Notes under the pieces: generated by a model | The model's database searches: none | Told to the model about the DNA's origin: nothing | The model's input: the letters and a program-made list of their open reading frames with translations, nothing else | In this document: one piece after another, positions 1 to 5,850 of the stretch | Layout: every line of letters starts with the position of its first letter | How positions within the stretch are numbered: the stretch's first letter is position 1 | From: an uncultured Verrucomicrobiota bacterium | GTDB lineage: Bacteria > Verrucomicrobiota > Kiritimatiellia > RFP12 > UBA1067 | Direction of reading: 5' to 3' | Assembly (NCBI GenBank): GCA_947305585.1 | Contig: CAMZDY010000002.1 | Location: 1 to 32,723 of the forward strand | DNA length: 32,723 bases | Program-made: the position numbers and the translations under genes

Positions 1-41
1 GATTATGAGTCACCTGCTCTGACCGACTGAGCTACGGGTCC
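1..41 (-). tRNA. tRNA with CAT anticodon (elongator Met or lysidine-type Ile2), 5' half only; the rest lies beyond the window start
   Basis: Reverse complement of 1-41 reads GGACCCG-TA-GCTC-AGTCGGTCA-GAGC-A-GGTGA-CTCATAA-TC. This gives an acceptor strand, a canonical D arm, an anticodon stem and a 7-nt loop with CAT. The anticodon stem lacks the three G:C pairs of an initiator tRNA. A consensus promoter lies 21 nt upstream. Confidence 0.8.
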
Positions 42-62
42 TTTTCCAATTGTTTAGTTTAT

Positions 63-91
63 ATTATATCATATTGGGGAGGCTTTGTCAA
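63..91 (-). promoter_or_regulatory. Promoter P1 for tRNA(CAT): TTGACA-N17-TATAAT with TGA extended -10
   Basis: Sense strand reads TTGACA aagcctccccaatatga TATAAT (-35 at 91-86, -10 at 68-63). The mature tRNA 5' end at 41 is 21 nt downstream of the -10. Confidence 0.7.
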
Positions 92-136
92 CCGGAATTT
101 TCAGAAACAAAGCGAAAGCCGTACCGGATAAAGACT

Positions 137-604
137 TTACGGAAGATACCGGTAACCGGTGCCGTAGACGGTTTCGATATGGCGATTCAAGGCCGGGCCC
201 AACTTCTTGCGCAAAGCGGCAATCCGGGTGTCGAGCGTGCGGTTGGTGCCGTCGTAAGCATGGCCCCAGATGCCAATTATCATATTCTCCCGCGACTCCG
301 CCTTGGCTTTGGCGGCCGACCGCATCAGCACCCATCCGCCGGAAATGGTAGAGAGCGCGGCAAGGCCGAGCACTCCGGCCACGATCCAGCGAAAACGGTC
401 GCCATCGTATCGCTCCGACCAGGGACCGGGTCTGCGTCCCCGCATCGGCGGACGGCGACGACCCTCCGACGGCATTTCCATCCGGTGTTCGGGCCGGGGC
501 GCGGGAGCGCGATGCTCCAACGTCACCAGCCGCAAAACGAGCAGCAGCAGGATCGCCGCCGGCAACCCTACTGCTGCGAGGAACAATTTAAGTTCCTTGG
601 CCAT
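137..604 (-). CDS. Small membrane protein with two hydrophobic segments and a C-terminal partial OmpR/PhoB-type winged helix
   Basis: 155 aa. Hydrophobic segments are LFLAAVGLPAAILLLLVLRLV and FRWIVAGVLGLAALSTISGGWVLM, separated by an Arg/Pro-rich loop. The C-terminus IWGHAYDGTNRTLDTRIAALRKKLGPALNRHIETVYGTGYRYLP matches the recognition-helix and wing part of trans_reg_C. Its ATG overlaps the upstream stop (TAATG at 606-602). Confidence 0.65.
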   Translation of the reverse strand: MAKELKLFLAAVGLPAAILLLLVLRLVTLEHRAPAPRPEHRMEMPSEGRRRPPMRGRRPGPWSERYDGDRFRWIVAGVLGLAALSTISGGWVLMRSAAKAKAESRENMIIGIWGHAYDGTNRTLDTRIAALRKKLGPALNRHIETVYGTGYRYLP

Positions 605-1071
605 TATTCGGCAGGTTCAGCCTCGACCTCGGCCTCGGGGGCAGGCGGCGGAGGCGGAGGCGGGCACTCGCCACGTCCGTCCCCGGGCCTGGGGCCGCGC
701 TTCATTCCGCGCGGACCGCGGGGGCCCTTGGACCCCATCATGCGACCGGCATCCACGCTCAGGACGATCCGGGGTGCAGGACGGCGGGGGCACTTGTCAC
801 CCTCTTCGCATTTGGGCGGCTCGGGCAACTTCGCCGCGAACTCCTGGTGCTTCTTCACGATCTCGTCGATCGCCGCGGCCACTTCCGCCTTGTAAGCCTC
901 GACCTTTTCCGGGCTGAGGTCCTGATCGAGCACGAGCATCACCGGCTTGGGACCGCGACACTGGCGTTCGCATCCGGGACGGGGACCTTCGCATTTCGGA
1001 CCCTCCGGGCATTCGGCCATCGCCACTCCGGCAAGAGCGGCAACCGCCATCATCGTAATCATTTTCTTCAT
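604..1071 (-). CDS. Secreted Cys/Pro-rich hypothetical protein
   Basis: The start is taken at MKKMITMMAVAALAGVAMA (signal-peptide-like), preceded by AAAGGAG 7 nt upstream. The ORF-track ATG at 1110 abuts the TATAAT box, so it should not be transcribed. The mature part has 7 Cys, GPRGPRG and PPPPPPP runs, and an acidic tail. Confidence 0.7.
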   Translation of the reverse strand: MKKMITMMAVAALAGVAMAECPEGPKCEGPRPGCERQCRGPKPVMLVLDQDLSPEKVEAYKAEVAAAIDEIVKKHQEFAAKLPEPPKCEEGDKCPRRPAPRIVLSVDAGRMMGSKGPRGPRGMKRGPRPGDGRGECPPPPPPPAPEAEVEAEPAE

Positions 1072-1110
1072 AGGCTTGCTCCTTTCTGGTTTTCCGTTGA
1101 AGATGCCCAT

Positions 1111-1143
1111 ATTATATCATATTTTATCCCGGGCGATTGTCAC
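1111..1143 (-). promoter_or_regulatory. Promoter P2 (ATATGATATAAT -10 block, weak -35) for the 604-1071 / 137-604 pair
   Basis: -10 TATAAT at 1116-1111, preceded by TGA. The -35 is poor: CAATCG at 17 nt, or GTGACA at 21 nt. The ATG at 1071 lies 39 nt downstream and has an SD, so this transcript has a leader. Confidence 0.5.
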
Positions 1144-1160
1144 CAGATTGTGACATCTGC

Positions 1161-2273
1161 TCAGATGCGATTGTCCCAGTTCTTGAAAACAACCTCTTGT
1201 CCGTTCGCCTTGATGGCGTCGTAGACGGCCTGGGGCGCACGCGAATCGGTAAGCGTGAACTGCGCCACGTCGGGCGCATGCTCCTGCTCGAGCACCGCAT
1301 AGCCGCCCGGAGTGACTTTGCTCCCGGCGGACATGTTGTCGGCCGCATACTGCACGATGTAGTCGCGGAACTTGGGAGCCTCGCGCGTGGAAACGGTCAT
1401 GCAGCATTGCGGGAAGACGATGCGGAAAGCGAGCATCATCAGGTCCAAGTCGTCCTCGCTCACGGGATATTCGGGCTGAAAGCCGCCCTCCACCGGACAG
1501 AACCGGGGAAACGCGAACTGCACCTTCGCCTCGTAGCACTCCTTCATAAGGTAGAACGCGTGCGCCGCCAGCGACGCGCATTCCGGCCGCCAGGGATTGA
1601 GCCCCAGCAAAAATGCGCATCCGAGCTGACGGAACCCAGCCTTGCCCGCCCTTAACTGCGTCCAAAGCCGGAAATCGTAATTGGATTTGGGGCCGGCCGG
1701 ATGGAAATACTTGTAACGGATGGGATCGTACGTCTCCTGGAAACAGGTAAGCGCCTCGTACCCCGCCTTGAAGAGCTCCCGGTATCCTTCTTCCGTTTGC
1801 GGCGCCACCTCCAACGAAAGGTTGGAAAACATCTTTTTGAGCATCCGTCCCACTTCCGCAAGGTGCTCGACCGTGTTTACCTTGGGGTCTTCGCCCGCCA
1901 CGATCAGCAGCGAATCGATACCGGTCCGGCGGACGGCCTCGGCCTCGAGCCGGATCTCGTCCATCGAAAGGTTGCGCCGGACCGTACCCTGATGCTGCAC
2001 GCGGAAATCGCAATACCGGCAGGAATTGATGCAGGTGTTGCCGATATACAACGGCGCGTAGACGCTGACCGTCTTCCCGTAGTAGCGGATGCGGGCTTTG
2101 CGCGCCTTTTCGCGCATTTCCGGCTTGAAGGCGTTCGCGGCCTCGCTGGTGAGGTTAAGAAGATCGAACCAGTCGTGCCGGTCCTTGGCCAAAGACGCGC
2201 GCACCATTTCGGGGGTTACGTGCGCGTAGTAGTCGAGAACCTGCGCCTCGGAGAACTTGAGGAGCGGAAACAT
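1161..2273 (-). CDS. thiH: Radical-SAM 2-iminoacetate synthase (tyrosine lyase) ThiH
   Basis: 370 aa. CxxxCxxC cluster motif CINSCRYC. QETYDPIRYKYFHPAGPKSNYDFRLWTQLRAGKAGFRQLGCAFLLGL and the C-terminal QFTLTDSR...VVFKNWD resemble ThiH. It starts 5 nt after the trpB2 stop. Confidence 0.75.
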   Translation of the reverse strand: MFPLLKFSEAQVLDYYAHVTPEMVRASLAKDRHDWFDLLNLTSEAANAFKPEMREKARKARIRYYGKTVSVYAPLYIGNTCINSCRYCDFRVQHQGTVRRNLSMDEIRLEAEAVRRTGIDSLLIVAGEDPKVNTVEHLAEVGRMLKKMFSNLSLEVAPQTEEGYRELFKAGYEALTCFQETYDPIRYKYFHPAGPKSNYDFRLWTQLRAGKAGFRQLGCAFLLGLNPWRPECASLAAHAFYLMKECYEAKVQFAFPRFCPVEGGFQPEYPVSEDDLDLMMLAFRIVFPQCCMTVSTREAPKFRDYIVQYAADNMSAGSKVTPGGYAVLEQEHAPDVAQFTLTDSRAPQAVYDAIKANGQEVVFKNWDNRI

Positions 2274-2278
2274 GGCAA

Positions 2279-3643
2279 TTAGCCCACTGGGGGCAACTTG
2301 GCGAAGGACGCCTCGAGCTCTTCATCGGTGGGGATGTAATCGCCCATCACACCGTCGTTGAACTTCTGGTAGGCGACGAGGTCGAAATAACCGGTGCCCG
2401 TAAGACCGAACAGGATGGTCTTCGCCTCGCCCGTCCGCTTGCATTCGAGCGCCTCGTCGATGGCGGCGCGAATGGCGTGCGAACTTTCGGGGGCGGGGAG
2501 CGTGCCCTCGGTGCGCGCGAAAAGCGTGGCCGCCTCGAAAACATCCGTCTGCTTGACCGACTTTGCCTCCATCAAGCCCTGCGCGTAGAGTTCCGACAAG
2601 GTGGCGCTCATGCCGTGATACCTGAGACCACCCGCATGGTTGGCGGACGGGATGAAGTCGCACCCGAGCGTGTACATCTTCTGGAGGGGACATACCTTGC
2701 CGGTGTCGCAGAAGTCGTAGGCGTAGCGGCCCCGGGTCAAGGAAGGACAGCTCGCCGGCTCCACCGCGATGAAGCGATAATCGTTTTCGCCGCGCAGCTT
2801 TTCGCCCATGAACGGCGAGATGAGCCCTCCAAGGTTCGAGCCGCCGCCCGCGCAGCCGATAATGACATCCGGCTTGACGCCAAGCTTGTCCATCGCCGCC
2901 TTGGCCTCGAGGCCGATGATGGACTGGTGCAGCAGCACCTGCGCGAGGACGGACCCTAGCACGTAGCGATAGCCTTCGTGCGTCACCGCATCCTCCACCG
3001 CCTCGGAAATGGCGCACCCCAAAGAGCCGGTAGTGCCGGGATGCTCGGCGTTGATGCGCTTGCCCACTTCCGTGAGCATGCTGGGCGAAGGCGTCACCTG
3101 GGCGCCATAGGTGCGCATCACTTCGCGCCGGAACGGCTTCTGCTCGTAGGAGCACTTAACCATGTACACCCGGCAGTCAAGTCCAAAGAATGCGCACGCC
3201 ATCGAAAGCGCCGTACCCCACTGTCCCGCGCCGGTTTCGGTAGTAACGCCCTTGAGCCCCTGCTGTTTGGCGTAGTAGGCCTGGGCGATGGCGCTATTGA
3301 GCTTGTGCGAGCCGGAAGTGTTGTTGCCCTCGAACTTGTAGTAGATCTTGGCGGGGGTGCCGAGCGCGCGTTCCAGGAAGTAGGCGCGGATCAACGGAGA
3401 CGGACGGAACATGCGGTAGAAATCCCGTATCTCTTTGGGGATCGGGAACCACGGCGTTTCGGCGTCCAGCTCCTGCCGCACCAGTTCTTTGCAGAAAATG
3501 TGCTCGGCCTCTTCGGCGGTGACCGGCTTCAGCGTGGCCGGGTTTAGGAGCGGCGAAGGTTTTACCTTCATGTCAGCACGCATGTTGTACCATGCGTCGG
3601 GCACCTCGTTCTCGGTCAAATACGTCTTGTAAGGAATCTCCAT
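2279..3643 (-). CDS. trpB: TrpB-like PLP-dependent enzyme (tryptophan synthase beta, type 2)
   Basis: 454 aa. PLP-lysine region GNNTSGSHKLNSAIAQAYYAKQQG. Glycine loop CAGGGSNLGG. The length is typical of TrpB2. AGGAG lies just upstream of the ATG, only 20 nt after the tRNA-Gln 3' end. Confidence 0.8.
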   Translation of the reverse strand: MEIPYKTYLTENEVPDAWYNMRADMKVKPSPLLNPATLKPVTAEEAEHIFCKELVRQELDAETPWFPIPKEIRDFYRMFRPSPLIRAYFLERALGTPAKIYYKFEGNNTSGSHKLNSAIAQAYYAKQQGLKGVTTETGAGQWGTALSMACAFFGLDCRVYMVKCSYEQKPFRREVMRTYGAQVTPSPSMLTEVGKRINAEHPGTTGSLGCAISEAVEDAVTHEGYRYVLGSVLAQVLLHQSIIGLEAKAAMDKLGVKPDVIIGCAGGGSNLGGLISPFMGEKLRGENDYRFIAVEPASCPSLTRGRYAYDFCDTGKVCPLQKMYTLGCDFIPSANHAGGLRYHGMSATLSELYAQGLMEAKSVKQTDVFEAATLFARTEGTLPAPESSHAIRAAIDEALECKRTGEAKTILFGLTGTGYFDLVAYQKFNDGVMGDYIPTDEELEASFAKLPPVG

Positions 3644-3663
3644 CTCTCTCCTGCCTTTCCGTT

Positions 3664-3737
3664 TGGTTGTCCGGGGTGGATTCGAACCACCTCGAAGGGT
3701 ATCAAAAACCCCTATGCTGCCATTACATCACCGGACA
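3664..3737 (-). tRNA. tRNA-Gln (anticodon TTG), CCA encoded
   Basis: The 74-nt reverse complement is TGTCCGG-TG-ATGT-AATGGCA-GCAT-A-GGGGT-TTTTGAT-ACCCT-TCGA-GGTGG-TTCGAAT-CCACC-CCGGACA-A-CCA. The cloverleaf is complete, with a TTCGAAT T-loop and anticodon TTG. Confidence 0.9.
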
Positions 3738-4522
3738 ATGGTGTGCGCGATTTCAGCCCAGAAGCCGCGAGCGCGCAACCCGCTGGCGAGACTCGCCCCC
3801 TCGGCTTCGTCCCGCACCCGCTTGAAGACGCACGAACCGCTTCCGCTCATCATCGCCCCTTCCCCCATCAGCGCCTTGAGTTCGCCGATTTCAGGGTGAA
3901 GCCGGATGGCCGCCGCCTCCAAATCGTTGATTGGTTGTATATTATACTCTTTTTCGGAGGGAAAATCAAGACGGCATTTGCAATTGCGGTAAACTTCCGC
4001 CGTGGAAGACGCCACGCCCGGATTGGCCACCACCAAGGGAAACGGTAGCCCTATCGCCTCCATTTCGCACTTGGAAAGCGGTCTCACCTTTTCGCCCCGG
4101 CCCTCCATCCAGCAAGGTTTTCCGGCCAATAAAGCAGGTACGTCCGATCCGACCGAAGCGGCGATTTCCATCAATTCCGCTTCGTCCTTGCCAAGATTCC
4201 AGAACCGGTCGAGCCCCCTCAAGGCGGCCGCCGCATCGGCGCTGCCGCCCCCCAGACCACCTCCGGCCGGAATCCGTTTGGCGACCCTCACGAACGCCCC
4301 GCGACCCGGCGCGAGCAGCCGCGCCGCCTTGAGGATGAGATCGTCTTCGTAACCGGTGTCGGTGGCGAGCGAACTCGATTCCTCGATCAAAAGCGTGTCG
4401 TGGAGCGAGATGGGCAGCACCACGCTACGAAGCGCGTGGTAGCCGTCGGGCAGGACCCCGTAAACCTCCAGCGTGAGGTTTATCTTGGCGAAAGCCTCGA
4501 CCTCAAGCGGTCTGCAGCTCAC
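3728..4522 (-). CDS. ispE: 4-diphosphocytidyl-2-C-methyl-D-erythritol kinase
   Basis: 264 aa. N-terminal AKINLTLEV. GHMP-kinase motif PAGGGLGGGSADAAA. The last 10 nt, including the stop, overlap the 5' end of tRNA-Gln. Confidence 0.85.
   Translation of the reverse strand: MSCRPLEVEAFAKINLTLEVYGVLPDGYHALRSVVLPISLHDTLLIEESSSLATDTGYEDDLILKAARLLAPGRGAFVRVAKRIPAGGGLGGGSADAAAALRGLDRFWNLGKDEAELMEIAASVGSDVPALLAGKPCWMEGRGEKVRPLSKCEMEAIGLPFPLVVANPGVASSTAEVYRNCKCRLDFPSEKEYNIQPINDLEAAAIRLHPEIGELKALMGEGAMMSGSGSCVFKRVRDEAEGASLASGLRARGFWAEIAHTIVR
3941..3969 (-). promoter_or_regulatory. Candidate internal promoter P3 inside ispE, 203 nt upstream of tRNA-Gln
   Basis: Sense strand reads TTGATT ttccctccgaaaaagag TATAAT (-35 at 3969-3964, -10 at 3946-3941). 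It lies inside the codons for EKEYNIQ. It lacks the TGA extended -10 seen in the other copies. Confidence 0.4.
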
Positions 4523-5810
4523 AAATGGCCTTGTAGAGATTGTCGAACAGTTTCCGGAGTTTGCCGGTGGGGACCGTGGAGAAACTGATGCGGATTAGTC
4601 CGGAAAGGACGATGACACCCGTCGAATACTTGCGGATCAGGAGCTTGCGCACGTCTTCGGCGTCCACCGCCACCGGCTTCACGCACATGAAGTAGCCCGA
4701 GTTGAACGGCATGGGCCGGAACGCCACCTTGGTGTATTCCGGATGCTCGCGGAAAATCTTGCGCACCATGTCGTAGCGGCGCTTCAACACGGCGAACTTC
4801 TTGTCCTTCTGCTTCTGGTAGAGCGGATCCAGATATGCGTTGAGCGCGATGTGCTGTCCGAGCGAACTGCAGTTGGAGATGGACGAACGCACGTTGCCGG
4901 CCGCCTTGGCCTCGATCGCCTTGAACTGCTCCGGCTCGGTGAAGAGCTTGCCGCCGAACGCCACGAACCCGACCCTGAGACCCCACGCGTAGTCTTCCTT
5001 GGTGGTGCCGTCCAGCTTGGCGGCGATGATGCGGTCGTCGGCCTTGCAGAAATCGGCGAAGAGCGATTCCTTGTGCACGCCCGGCTCGTAGACCAGACCG
5101 TAGTACGCGTCGTCCAGCAGCACCACCACCTTCTTGTTCTTGCGGACCGCGGTCTTCACCGCCGCCACGATGTTCTTGGCGTCCTCCTCGGTGGGGGTGT
5201 AGCCGGTGGGGTTGTTGGGGAAGTTGAGAATGAGGATCTTCTTGTCGCCCTTGGACTGCAACGCCGTCTTCATGGCTTCGGCATCGAACTTGCCGTTGCG
5301 CATGAACGTGTTGAACTTGCGGATCCTGCAGCCGATTGTATCGCGGAAAATGAGCTCGTAATTGTCCCAGAAAAGGTCGGGGATCACCAACTCGTCCTCG
5401 GCATCGGCGAAAAGTTCGGCGCACACCCTGAGACCGTGCGTAAGCGCGCTCGTCACGACGGGAAGCGAATACTGCACCTTGGACATCGACGGGTTCTTCT
5501 GCATCTGCATGCCCTTCCACACTTCGCGAAGGTTCTGGAGCCCGAACGACCCCGCATACAGATACGCCTTCTTGTCCAGCGTGATGGCCTTCTTGAACGA
5601 GTCCATCACGAGCGCCGTACCGTCATCCTCGAACGCCATGCCGATCGTGGCGTTGAGCGCGCACTCCTTGGCTTCCGCGCCCTGCCCCAGAATGCCGCCA
5701 TAGGGGAAGTACATGCGCTTGCCGGTTTCCGAAAGGAACTCCGCCACCGGACCCAATTTGGCGTTGAGGTCCGCAGCCAGCGGATGAAGAGTAGAGTCTG
5801 GATATTTCAT
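4503..5810 (-). CDS. Class I/II PLP-dependent aminotransferase
   Basis: 435 aa. Motifs NFPNNPTGYTPT and LLDDAYYGL, and a candidate PLP-lysine segment KLDGTTKEDYAWGLRVGF. The ATG lies 11 nt from the P4 -10 box. Confidence 0.75.
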   Translation of the reverse strand: MKYPDSTLHPLAADLNAKLGPVAEFLSETGKRMYFPYGGILGQGAEAKECALNATIGMAFEDDGTALVMDSFKKAITLDKKAYLYAGSFGLQNLREVWKGMQMQKNPSMSKVQYSLPVVTSALTHGLRVCAELFADAEDELVIPDLFWDNYELIFRDTIGCRIRKFNTFMRNGKFDAEAMKTALQSKGDKKILILNFPNNPTGYTPTEEDAKNIVAAVKTAVRKNKKVVVLLDDAYYGLVYEPGVHKESLFADFCKADDRIIAAKLDGTTKEDYAWGLRVGFVAFGGKLFTEPEQFKAIEAKAAGNVRSSISNCSSLGQHIALNAYLDPLYQKQKDKKFAVLKRRYDMVRKIFREHPEYTKVAFRPMPFNSGYFMCVKPVAVDAEDVRKLLIRKYSTGVIVLSGLIRISFSTVPTGKLRKLFDNLYKAICELQTA

Positions 5811-5821
5811 AATGGGCGAGT

Positions 5822-5850
5822 ATTATATCATATTTCCGCGGAAAAATCAA
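5822..5850 (-). promoter_or_regulatory. Promoter P4 (TTGATT-N17-TATAAT, TGA extended -10), leaderless geometry
   Basis: Sense strand reads TTGATT tttccgcggaaatatga TATAAT. The ATG of the aminotransferase gene at 5810 is 11 nt downstream with no SD. The TGA of the extended -10 is the stop codon of the upstream sigma-54 activator gene (5830-5828). Confidence 0.7.

Noticed and set aside
645-664. GGCGGA-type triplet repeat (ggcggcggaggcggaggcggg)
   Set aside because: It is the coding sequence, in antisense view, of the PPPPPPP run in the secreted protein. It is short, in frame, and not an independent repeat element.
50-895. 281-aa plus-strand ORF and the overlapping 270-917 ORF at the left end
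   Set aside because: Low-complexity Arg/Gly/Pro/Ser composition. They are antisense to two coupled minus-strand genes that have a signal peptide, TM segments and a wHTH motif.
1108-1110. ATG at 1110 as the start of the secreted-protein gene (MGIFNG...)
   Set aside because: It directly abuts the TATAAT box (1116-1111) and so lies upstream of any TSS from that promoter. The ATG at 1071 has AAAGGAG 7 nt upstream and begins a signal peptide.
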